A DNA stretch of 54,708 bases from a virus. Lineage: Duplodnaviria; Caudoviricetes. Below, piece by piece: positions 47,141-54,708 of the stretch. Both the position numbers and the translations under genes were made by a program. Within the stretch, counting starts at the first letter, position 1. Every line of letters starts with the position of its first letter. The notes beneath the pieces are model-generated. The model made no database searches. It had not been told where the DNA came from and worked only from the letters and a program-made list of their open reading frames with translations. Where the stretch lies: IMG/VR virus record IMGVR_UViG_3300028178_000003, positions 1 to 54,708 of that record; one strand, 5' to 3'.

Positions 47141-47731
47141 ATGACTGAAACAGACGAAGAAAAAGCATTACCGAAACGTGATCAGGTCCTCGAACTTCTG
47201 AAAGAAGGCGGATACACCCGTGAGGAAATAGCAACCAAGTTGGCAATGAGCGTGGCAAGTGTCAACAGTCAATTCACCTACCTGCGGTGGATGGGCAATT
47301 TTATCCGGTATGACGAAAACAAAAAACTGTCCATCTGCACGGAAGCCGAATTCAACGAATGGGAAGCCAGCAAAAAGACCGCCACCAAAGCGTCCACGGC
47401 CAAACCCAAGTCTCCGGTGGAAGTATATGAGGCTATGAAGAAAACCCTCGCCACTGACATCAAGAATCGTGATGCTTGGATCGCTAAAGCCGCGGCCGCA
47501 AATAAAGCCGCAGCTGGCAACGAAGACGATGAAGATCTGATGGACGCGATCGACGAAGCCGAAGCCATGGTCGTTCTGTTGGCCCTCAAGGTCAAACGTG
47601 GCCAGATCAAGTTCGACGCCACCCCGGTTCCGGTGGTCGAGCCCATTGTTACCCCGGAAGCCCTGACGGAAGAGCCTTCGGAAGATGTTGAAGTCGAAGA
47701 CGGAATTGCCGCCGACGATGACATCATTTAG
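47141..47731 (+). CDS. Winged-HTH protein with an acidic tail
   Basis: KRDQVLELL..GGYTREEIATKLAMSVASVNSQFTYLR..G..I; AAGGAG RBS. Confidence 0.7.
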   Translation: MTETDEEKALPKRDQVLELLKEGGYTREEIATKLAMSVASVNSQFTYLRWMGNFIRYDENKKLSICTEAEFNEWEASKKTATKASTAKPKSPVEVYEAMKKTLATDIKNRDAWIAKAAAANKAAAGNEDDEDLMDAIDEAEAMVVLLALKVKRGQIKFDATPVPVVEPIVTPEALTEEPSEDVEVEDGIAADDDII

Positions 47732-47748
47732 TACATAAACCTGGCAAG

Positions 47749-47777
47749 AGCGCGTCGAGTTATCTCGGCGCGTTTTG
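47749..47777 (+). terminator. Possible terminator
   Basis: AGCGCGTCGAG-TTAT-CTCGGCGCGTT followed by T residues. Confidence 0.45.
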
Positions 47778-47801
47778 GTTTAACTCACAAGGAGAAACAC
47801 T

Positions 47802-48476
47802 ATGATCCTACAGGACTACCAAGACATGTCCATAGAGCTCATGGAACAGCCACAAAACGGAGCCATTCTTATAGGTCTCGCATTGGCTATGACTATGCGT
47901 TCGGACAAAGAGTATAAGCCTGTGACCAGAGAGAAATGTAAGTTTCTCATCGACGCTGAGCACATGTCTGTATTTGAGCACGCCACATTCACCTTCCTTA
48001 TAAACGGTATCTCACGGTCGCTTCTTGCACAGATCACAAGACACCGTACAGCCACTATCACGTCCGGTAGCCAGCATTACCAGGACTACAGCGATTATCC
48101 TTGTTCAGCGGGTATTACACATTTGAACAACTATAATGCCGAGTTGCTACTGCGCCAGTCGTTGACTCTTTCTACGACGAATTACAGTAAGTTGCTGGCC
48201 TTGGGCCAAGCTCGTGAAGAAGCAAGGCAAGTACTACCAAATGCCTCAGTTGTAAATATCCTTTGGACGTGTGATGCACGAAACTTATTTGGCTTCTTGC
48301 GTCAACGGCTTTGTAACCGCAATGTCATGGAAATGCGCGTGTTCGCGGCCAAACTTCGTGTCATTTTGTTGGGCGAGTTTCCTGAACTGTTTACATGGAG
48401 CGGGCCGCAATGTGCACACGGCGAGTGTCTCCAAGGGCGCATGCAATGTAAGGAGCGAGCATGGGTACAAGTCTAA
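47802..48476 (+). CDS. thyX: FAD-dependent thymidylate synthase
   Basis: HMSVFEH, ISRSLLAQITRHR-x7-S (RHRTATITSGS), EEARQVLP, QRLC. Confidence 0.9.
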   Translation: MILQDYQDMSIELMEQPQNGAILIGLALAMTMRSDKEYKPVTREKCKFLIDAEHMSVFEHATFTFLINGISRSLLAQITRHRTATITSGSQHYQDYSDYPCSAGITHLNNYNAELLLRQSLTLSTTNYSKLLALGQAREEARQVLPNASVVNILWTCDARNLFGFLRQRLCNRNVMEMRVFAAKLRVILLGEFPELFTWSGPQCAHGECLQGRMQCKERAWVQV

Positions 48477-48826
48477 CAGTCCAACAAATGTTTGAAGCCA
48501 TATCAAAGTACCAATACCATGTTCATCACGTTGACTATGCTACACTGTCCATGAAGCAGCGTATGCAACTTATGCGGGACTACGTTTTAGCAATGCAAGT
48601 GGAACAAGTAGAACTGCTGCAAGAGTTGCCGTGGAAACCATGGAAATACGCCGAAGACCACAGTTGTTTGATTGACATGCAAAAACTTATAGAGGAATGG
48701 GTTGACTGTCTGTTCTTTTTGATTGACCAAGCCCTTGTCCTCAAAATATCAGCCGAAGATGTCACAGAAACTTTTCAAGCAGTACTAACTAAAAATTATG
48801 CACGCAAAAAGGAAAACGCAATATGA
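48461..48826 (+). CDS. Dimeric all-alpha dUTPase/MazG-like NTP pyrophosphatase
   Basis: E..EL...PWKPWK...EEWVD..FF...KN..R; next to thyX. Confidence 0.75.
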   Translation: MGTSLTVQQMFEAISKYQYHVHHVDYATLSMKQRMQLMRDYVLAMQVEQVELLQELPWKPWKYAEDHSCLIDMQKLIEEWVDCLFFLIDQALVLKISAEDVTETFQAVLTKNYARKKENAI

Positions 48827-49398
48827 TTACGCCAATTATGAGATTGTCATTTCCGGCCTTGTTTGAACCAAAGGCCAATCCTTCCGGCAAAATGAAGTAC
48901 GGGTGTTCTTTGCTTATCAGCAAGGACGACGTAGCCGGTGTTAAACAGTTACAAGACGCTATCCAGAAGGCTATGCAAAAAGGTAAGGAAACTCTCTGGT
49001 CAAACAAGATTCCTGCCTTCCGGTATCAGCCCCTTCGTGACGGCGACGCAGAGCTCGCAAGCGGTGAAAAGACGGATCCCGTCTATAAGAACACGTTCTT
49101 CCTCAACGCCTCCGCAGATACCGCCCCTGGCATTGTTATGGCCACGGGGTCTGGCCCCAAGCCTATCCTTGATGTATCCGCAATCTTTGCGGGCTGCTGG
49201 GTTCGTGCCGACATCAACGCATTTCCGTATAAGAATAGCGGCAATTGCGGTGTTGGTTGGGGCCTCAACAATGTTCTACTCGTCAAAGAAGGTGAGCGTC
49301 TTGATGGTCGCATGCGGGCAACCGATGCCTTTGCCAACTACGATGTCGTAGAAGAAGACGGCGCGACTGGTGATCCTGCAGGCGACGACATTATGTAA
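48823..49398 (+). CDS. DUF2815-like single-stranded DNA-binding protein
   Basis: RLSFPALFEP...KY...LLISK...PLRDGD...FLNAS...AGCWVRA...GV..GLNNV...GERL; acidic tail. Confidence 0.85.
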   Translation: MITPIMRLSFPALFEPKANPSGKMKYGCSLLISKDDVAGVKQLQDAIQKAMQKGKETLWSNKIPAFRYQPLRDGDAELASGEKTDPVYKNTFFLNASADTAPGIVMATGSGPKPILDVSAIFAGCWVRADINAFPYKNSGNCGVGWGLNNVLLVKEGERLDGRMRATDAFANYDVVEEDGATGDPAGDDIM

Positions 49399-49418
49399 AC
49401 TGTAACACTTCGGCTGTT

Positions 49419-49449
49419 AAGAGGCTCGGGCTGTCCGAGCCTCTTTTTT
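49419..49449 (+). terminator. Intrinsic terminator
   Basis: AAGAGGCTCGG-GCTGT-CCGAGCCTCTT followed by a T-run. Confidence 0.75.
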
Positions 49450-49486
49450 ACCCCGCTAATTTACTAAAAACGAAATGGTGTAAACT

Positions 49487-49915
49487 ATGGAAGCTCAATT
49501 GAACCGCTGGCGACAATTACTTGATGATTGGACTGATGACATATTTACAATGCCTTGGTCTACTGATGGCCGTCGGCAAGCGAGATTTGAGGCTTGGACG
49601 CAGAGCGCCAGAGAGTACGAAACATTACGAAAGGAACACGAGATGACAATTCAAGATACCCTTAATGAACGGCAGAAGACACATGGTAATTTTGGTACAC
49701 ATGCAGATATCTGTCAAGCCTTGAAACGTGTGATGTATCAAACACCTAGCTGGTATGAACTATCAGCGCCTCAGAAAGAAGCGCTTGATATGATCCAGCA
49801 TAAAGTGGCAAGGATTCTTAACGGCAATCCTGGTGAACAAGACCATTGGCGAGATATCGCGGGATACGCTGAACTTGAACGACAAATCCTAGAATACGAG
49901 GAGGCACATATATGA
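49487..49915 (+). CDS. DUF6378-like protein (possible second start at 49643)
   Basis: TL.ER..THG.F...EALDMI.HK.ARI..G.P...DHW.DIAGYA.L. Confidence 0.7.
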   Translation: MEAQLNRWRQLLDDWTDDIFTMPWSTDGRRQARFEAWTQSAREYETLRKEHEMTIQDTLNERQKTHGNFGTHADICQALKRVMYQTPSWYELSAPQKEALDMIQHKVARILNGNPGEQDHWRDIAGYAELERQILEYEEAHI

Positions 49916-50187
49916 CGCCAGAGCAAATGAGGAACATCGCAGATCGTGCTGAAGTTCAACGCATTGTAGAACGGTACCGAGGTAAGTTCGGTCGTACTCT
50001 TACTGTGCATATCAGCCGCACGATCAATATGGGCAATTACAACAGTCTCAAGGTCGAGGCTGGACTATCACAGGAGATTGCCCATGATGCAAACCAAGAT
50101 GCCGTATACAAGCAGATGTGGAATGACTGCAACAAAGAAGTCAATCGTGCAATTGCGGCATTTGACAAGTCAAAGGCACCCAAATGA
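49912..50187 (+). CDS. Hypothetical protein
   Basis: 91 aa, GAGGAGG RBS, RTINMGNYNS motif. Confidence 0.7.
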   Translation: MTPEQMRNIADRAEVQRIVERYRGKFGRTLTVHISRTINMGNYNSLKVEAGLSQEIAHDANQDAVYKQMWNDCNKEVNRAIAAFDKSKAPK

Positions 50188-53048
50188 CAGAACTCTTATT
50201 CATTGACTTTGAAACCTACTCCGCTGTAGATATCAAAGTGGCAGGAGGCATGGCCTATGCATCAGATGACTCAACTCAGATCATCTGTTTGGCGTGGGCC
50301 TTTAACCAAGAAGAACCTACTCTTTGGACAGTCGCGTCAGGACGTTTACCAGAGAGAGTCATCAAACATGTAACCGAGGGTGGTAAGGTCTGTGCCTTCA
50401 ATGCAACGTTTGATTGGCGTATATGGAACAAGGTAGGTGTGCGTGACTTTAACTGGCCGGCAATACCGTTACTTCAAGTTGCAGATGCGCAGGCTCTGTG
50501 CGCCTGCTATCAGTTACCCCAGAATCTTGCAGATGCAGGAGCGGCACTCGAGATTCCAATGCCAAAAGACGCAGCGGGCAAAGCATATGTCAAGGCGTGC
50601 TGTATACCAAACAAGCACGGTGAACAACCGTTTCCTACTAGCACAAACACGACATCGTTTCAGGGCCTATTCCGTTACTGCTTACGAGACGTTGTTGCAA
50701 TGCAGCAAATCGTCTACAAGCTGCCACGTCAGGAACTCATTCCACAAGAACAAGAGATCTGGGAATTCACAGTCGAGATGAACTGTATTGGCTTACCTGT
50801 AGATATAGACTCAGTCATCAGTATCTATGAGTACCTGCAGAAGTATATCGAAAAGACCGTCGTCGAGCTCCCGATTCTTACAAACGGTATCGTGACTACT
50901 CCTGGTCAAATTGCGCGTATTATTAAGTGGTGTGCGTCTAAGGGTTTTATTATACCAAACCTTCAAGCAGAAACCGTAGAGCTCGCAATCGCCAAGACAA
51001 ATACCCCGAAAGATGTACGGCGTATACTCGAATTACGGCAAGAACTGGGCCGATCCTCGACGGCTAAGTACAAGAAGATCGCGGAGCAAGCTGTTATATG
51101 GAGTGGCCAAGCCTGGGTACATGACAACTTACGGTATCATGGTGCGGGCACTGGCCGGCTTGCAGGCCAAGGTTTTCAGATGCATAATTTACCACGCCTC
51201 AGTATTGAAAAGATCTGTAAAGAACGTAAGCTTCAGCGGGCAAATATTGCAGGTGAGAGCATAATCGAGCCAATCGAGGATTATGAAGACCCCGAAACCT
51301 GGATCAACATGTTTAAAGTAAACATGGTCATAGATGATCCAGTACAAGTGGCTAAGGCTCTTATACGACCTATGATCTGTGCGCCTCCAGGATATACAAT
51401 CGCTGTTGCAGATTACTCGTCGATTGAAAATCGTATCTTGGCCTGGGCCGCAGATGACTGTCAAACCATGGAGGACTTCAACAATGGACTTGACCAATAT
51501 GTCACAATGGCTGCAGCGAGATTTGGAGTGCCTTATGACAAAGTTACGTCAGAGCAAAGACGCGTCGGAAAAGTTATTATCCTTGGCTGTATAGCGGAAC
51601 ATACGAAGGTCCTTACAGATCGTGGTCCTGTGCCTATTCAAAATATACAGCTTACCGACAAACTATGGGACGGTGAGAAGTGGGTATCTCATGATGGCGT
51701 ACTTAACAAGGGCCAAAGAGAATGTGACGCATTTTGCGGTACATGGCTCACGCCGGACCATGAGATATATTTTGGTGATACGAAGGAGGAAGTATGGCGC
51801 CACGCCGGCAGTACCCAATCAGAGGTCCAGGCCATATGTTTGGCTTTTGGCAAGTTCTTGACTATAAATCACGAGCAGATTCTCCAAAACGCGACGCAGG
51901 TTATGACGTCTTATGTACACTCTGCGGAAACATACATTTTCAAATTCTGGCAAACCTTGAAAAAGGCAACAGTACTAAATGCGGAATCTGCGGGCGAAAA
52001 ACTGTTTACAAATTTAATTTGGAAACACATAGTAAAGTTACAGGACTTGACGAAGCAATTGTTGAACGCCTTATCAATCGATGGTTCGCTGCAAAATCCA
52101 GATGTTATGACAAGAATAATTTTGCGTTTCATTGCTATGGCGCCCGAGGAATCAAGATGTGTAATGAATGGACAGACTCTCGAGCATTTATTATACATGC
52201 TTCTACCATACCAGGATTTGACAACCCAGACCTTGAGCTCGACAGAATCGACAATGATAAGGATTATGAACCCGGCAACATCAGGTTTTGTACGCGCTCG
52301 GAAAATATGTTTAACTCACGACATTCTAAACGCTGGAAATCTGAACAGATTCACACTACTGACAAGTAAAGGCCCTATTGTCGTAAGTAATTGTGGATAC
52401 GGAATGGGTGGAAAGAAGTTTAAAACCACCGCCGCGCTCCAAGCCGGCCTGGATTTATCAGACGAAGAAGCTAAAGCTTCAGTGGACGCCTACCGAGATC
52501 GATATCCTCTGGTTAAAACTCTCTGGGCGCATCTTCGAAACGCTGCTGCTGAAGCTGTCATCAGTGGAAGCAAACGCCGTTATAAAAACACTACGTTTGG
52601 TGTGTTCAGTAGAAACGGAATTAAATGGCTCGCACTGCAGTTACCGACAGGAAAATCATTATACTATATGAACCCGACGATCAAAGATGAGTTCATTCCT
52701 GACTACGAGTACATGGGTGCTGTGGCGACTATCACGCACTCCGGGATTAACCCTTATACAAAAAAGTGGTCCCGACTTAAACTCATTCCAGGCCGTATTA
52801 CTGAGAATCTTGTACAAGGTACGGCCAGAGAGGTTATGATGCGGGGTATGCTTAACGTAAAGAAGCATATGCCGCATGTAAAGATCATCGGCAGCGTACA
52901 TGATGAAGCTTTAGCGCTGATAAAGACTGAGGATGCCACACCTGACGCAATGGCTAAGTTTACGCATCACCTATGTGATGTTGATTTCCTCCCCGACTGT
53001 CCTATTAAAGCGGTTGGCTTTTTTACCAAACGTTATAAGAAAGGATAA
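50184..53048 (+). CDS. Family A DNA polymerase precursor with an intein (686 aa after splicing)
   Basis: Exonuclease IDFETYS and AFNATFD; TGRL; motif A ADYSSIENR; motif B RRVGK..ILG|CGYGMG, restored by intein removal; motif C VHDE. Confidence 0.92.
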   Translation: MTELLFIDFETYSAVDIKVAGGMAYASDDSTQIICLAWAFNQEEPTLWTVASGRLPERVIKHVTEGGKVCAFNATFDWRIWNKVGVRDFNWPAIPLLQVADAQALCACYQLPQNLADAGAALEIPMPKDAAGKAYVKACCIPNKHGEQPFPTSTNTTSFQGLFRYCLRDVVAMQQIVYKLPRQELIPQEQEIWEFTVEMNCIGLPVDIDSVISIYEYLQKYIEKTVVELPILTNGIVTTPGQIARIIKWCASKGFIIPNLQAETVELAIAKTNTPKDVRRILELRQELGRSSTAKYKKIAEQAVIWSGQAWVHDNLRYHGAGTGRLAGQGFQMHNLPRLSIEKICKERKLQRANIAGESIIEPIEDYEDPETWINMFKVNMVIDDPVQVAKALIRPMICAPPGYTIAVADYSSIENRILAWAADDCQTMEDFNNGLDQYVTMAAARFGVPYDKVTSEQRRVGKVIILGCIAEHTKVLTDRGPVPIQNIQLTDKLWDGEKWVSHDGVLNKGQRECDAFCGTWLTPDHEIYFGDTKEEVWRHAGSTQSEVQAICLAFGKFLTINHEQILQNATQVMTSYVHSAETYIFKFWQTLKKATVLNAESAGEKLFTNLIWKHIVKLQDLTKQLLNALSIDGSLQNPDVMTRIILRFIAMAPEESRCVMNGQTLEHLLYMLLPYQDLTTQTLSSTESTMIRIMNPATSGFVRARKICLTHDILNAGNLNRFTLLTSKGPIVVSNCGYGMGGKKFKTTAALQAGLDLSDEEAKASVDAYRDRYPLVKTLWAHLRNAAAEAVISGSKRRYKNTTFGVFSRNGIKWLALQLPTGKSLYYMNPTIKDEFIPDYEYMGAVATITHSGINPYTKKWSRLKLIPGRITENLVQGTAREVMMRGMLNVKKHMPHVKIIGSVHDEALALIKTEDATPDAMAKFTHHLCDVDFLPDCPIKAVGFFTKRYKKG
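51588..52391 (+). mobile_element. Intein (268 aa, residues 469-736 of the polymerase)
   Basis: Block A CIAEHTKVLTDRG, block B LTPDH, block F HDIL...NRF, block G IVVSN followed by Cys+1; excision restores motif B. Confidence 0.92.
51794..52369 (+). CDS. HNH-type homing endonuclease in an alternative frame inside the intein
   Basis: AAGGAGGA RBS at 51783-51790. G.MFG...V..CTLCG...L..G...CG N-terminal module; W...KSRC...YGARGIKMCNEW...F...LDRIDND.DYEPGNIRF.T..EN..N nuclease core. Confidence 0.88.
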   Translation: MAPRRQYPIRGPGHMFGFWQVLDYKSRADSPKRDAGYDVLCTLCGNIHFQILANLEKGNSTKCGICGRKTVYKFNLETHSKVTGLDEAIVERLINRWFAAKSRCYDKNNFAFHCYGARGIKMCNEWTDSRAFIIHASTIPGFDNPDLELDRIDNDKDYEPGNIRFCTRSENMFNSRHSKRWKSEQIHTTDK

Positions 53049-53053
53049 TTGTA

Positions 53054-53548
53054 ATGTTTTTCTTAGACAGGATAACACCATTTGAACCTCACCAGTGGGC
53101 TGAAATGGAACGTAAGTATTCTAACTGGCTTAAAGTCTCAGATATAGTTTACAAACTTACTGACACGACCCAGTTAATACGTATGCTTCAATTAGAACTT
53201 ATGGGTAAGCGTAGAAGAATAATCCTTGACCGCGTATACTCAAGGTTCTCGGCCCTACGCGCGCAACGTGAATACCCCATCTTCAATAATCAGTTTGTAG
53301 ACCCTATAATCATGGATAAAGAAGATGCCGCACGGTATGACCGGCTACTTATCAGCTGGGACCATGTTGTGGGGTATATAGAACGGTTGGACGTTAAGCC
53401 ACTGGAAGAGATAAAGAAGATCATGCATTACGAATACCAGGGCAAGCGCCGCCGGTATCTTATGCATCGGCTATTTACTAAGTATCAAACAGTACGCCGT
53501 AAAATGGAAAAACAAGACATGATGCGGTGGCGATTAAAACGAGGGTAA
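53054..53548 (+). CDS. Hypothetical protein with an internal duplication
   Basis: Two copies of Y...L.....V...E..GKRR....R....; AAGGA RBS. Confidence 0.7.
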   Translation: MFFLDRITPFEPHQWAEMERKYSNWLKVSDIVYKLTDTTQLIRMLQLELMGKRRRIILDRVYSRFSALRAQREYPIFNNQFVDPIIMDKEDAARYDRLLISWDHVVGYIERLDVKPLEEIKKIMHYEYQGKRRRYLMHRLFTKYQTVRRKMEKQDMMRWRLKRG

Positions 53549-53549
53549 T

Positions 53550-53879
53550 ATGCCTGAATCAGAAAAAGATACGGAACGGTATCTGTGCGATCAAGTACGG
53601 GCTCTTGGCGGTGAAGCATATAAGTTTGTAAGTCCTATGCGACGTTTTGTATTAGACCGTATGTGCGTACTGCCAAAAGGTAAAGTGTGGTTCGTAGAAG
53701 TCAAGAGCGAGGGCCAGATTCCATCAGAAGGTCAGTTCCGCGAAATTGAACGTCTTGTACTAAAAGGACATCATGCGACTTATGTGAGTTCTAAGGCCGG
53801 AGTAAACAAAGTAATTAATCAAATGCAGGAGGAACAAAATGCTAATCAAACAGGTGATCAAGAAGTTGCAGCAGACTAA
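53550..53879 (+). CDS. VRR-NUC domain nuclease
   Basis: EKDTE.YL...V...GG.AYKFVSP....V.DR...LP.G...FVEVK......S..Q. Confidence 0.85.
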   Translation: MPESEKDTERYLCDQVRALGGEAYKFVSPMRRFVLDRMCVLPKGKVWFVEVKSEGQIPSEGQFREIERLVLKGHHATYVSSKAGVNKVINQMQEEQNANQTGDQEVAAD

Positions 53880-54708
53880 CAGTTTGAATGACAAGGTAAT
53901 GATTCTCCAACGATACGACTCTCCACGGTTACGCGAAATGTTATTAGCCGCGTATCATCCATACCAAAAGTATGGTCTTAAACAGGTTCCTTGGACCGGC
54001 GATGGTTTAGCTACACTTGAAGATAACTGGGTGCAATTGCAAACGCATTTAATGTTTATGGCTAATACTCATGGCGACGGTATAGTTAAACAACTTACTG
54101 CTCAATGTATAAACCAGTTATTAAAAGAAGACGCCGAGGTCTTTAAGTGTATCATTAAAAAGAACCTTGAGTGCGGTATTACCGCAACGACGATTAATAA
54201 AGCCTTTCCGGAACTCATACCTGTCTTTGGTATCATGAAGGCTGCAACCTTCGAAGACAAACTCTGGCGTTCTGGTTTACTTGGCAGCGTAAAACTTGAC
54301 GGGTACAGATGTCTCGTTCGCGATGGCCAACTATATTCGAGTGGCGGGCACTTGATACAAGGTGCAAAGCATATTGAGAATGCAATTGTCGGTCTTGGTG
54401 ACTTTGACGGTGAGATCATGGTTCCGAATATGGAGTTCAACGAAAGTGGCGGTCTGATCAGGAGTGCCAATGTAACACCTGACGCTAGACTTCTCTTATT
54501 TGACGCCATTGGCAACATGCATATGCCGTTTAAGGCGCGCTACAGGGCACTGGAAGAAATCGGCAAAGAGCAAGGATGGTCATTCTCTCTGGCCAAACCG
54601 ACAACTATCACGGTCATACGGCACAAAACCTTTGAGTCCCTCGAGGAGATGAAAGCCACGTACGAGAAGGCATTGTACGCCGGTTACGAAGGCCTTGTGC
54701 TTAAAGAC
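53839..54708 (+). CDS. ATP-dependent DNA ligase (partial, runs off the right edge)
   Basis: Not in the ORF track. ATG 53839 after AGGAGG; in-frame KLDGYRC (KxDG), FDGEI, LFD and GYEGLVLKD motifs. Confidence 0.88.
   Translation, partial: MLIKQVIKKLQQTNSLNDKVMILQRYDSPRLREMLLAAYHPYQKYGLKQVPWTGDGLATLEDNWVQLQTHLMFMANTHGDGIVKQLTAQCINQLLKEDAEVFKCIIKKNLECGITATTINKAFPELIPVFGIMKAATFEDKLWRSGLLGSVKLDGYRCLVRDGQLYSSGGHLIQGAKHIENAIVGLGDFDGEIMVPNMEFNESGGLIRSANVTPDARLLLFDAIGNMHMPFKARYRALEEIGKEQGWSFSLAKPTTITVIRHKTFESLEEMKATYEKALYAGYEGLVLKD

Noticed and set aside
47802-48826. DNA base-modification pathway
   Set aside because: ThyX plus dUTPase is ordinary dTTP supply; no hydroxymethylase, glycosyltransferase or deazaguanine genes were recognised.
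51588-52391. Group I intron carrying the HNH gene
   Set aside because: The polymerase frame is uninterrupted and has clear protein-splicing blocks A, B, F and G with a Cys+1 nucleophile.
54102-54518. Minus-strand 138-aa ORF
   Set aside because: It is the antisense shadow of the plus-strand DNA ligase, which the ORF track omitted, probably because it has no stop in the window.

Overview
The window is a large part of a tailed dsDNA phage genome with podovirus-like architecture. It is cut at both ends and has two divergent arms. The minus-strand arm (about 1-35 kb) carries the morphogenesis genes: small and large terminase, P22-like portal, scaffold, N4-gp56-like major capsid, adaptor/tail proteins, LamG- and CAP-domain proteins, a 3948-aa multidomain 'polyvalent' protein, and collagen-like/decoration proteins. 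A 35-38 kb control region holds tandem repeats, an AT-rich tract, IHF-consensus sites and paired hairpins. The plus-strand arm carries early/replication genes: primase-helicase, HNH-AP2, DUF2800 nuclease, SLT, ThyX, dimeric dUTPase, DUF2815 SSB, family A DNA polymerase, VRR-NUC and a partial ATP-dependent ligase. Four observations stand out. (1) The DNA polymerase has an intein in motif B whose central region also encodes a complete HNH-type endonuclease in a different reading frame, with its own ribosome-binding site. (2) The 10-mer CTCTCTGGYC occurs at least 21 times on both strands, mostly inside genes. (3) A 42-bp DNA element occurs three times, and two copies flank the giant gene in inverted orientation. 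(4) Eight copies of one extended sigma70-like promoter are present. All family calls come from motif recognition by eye; no database search was run.
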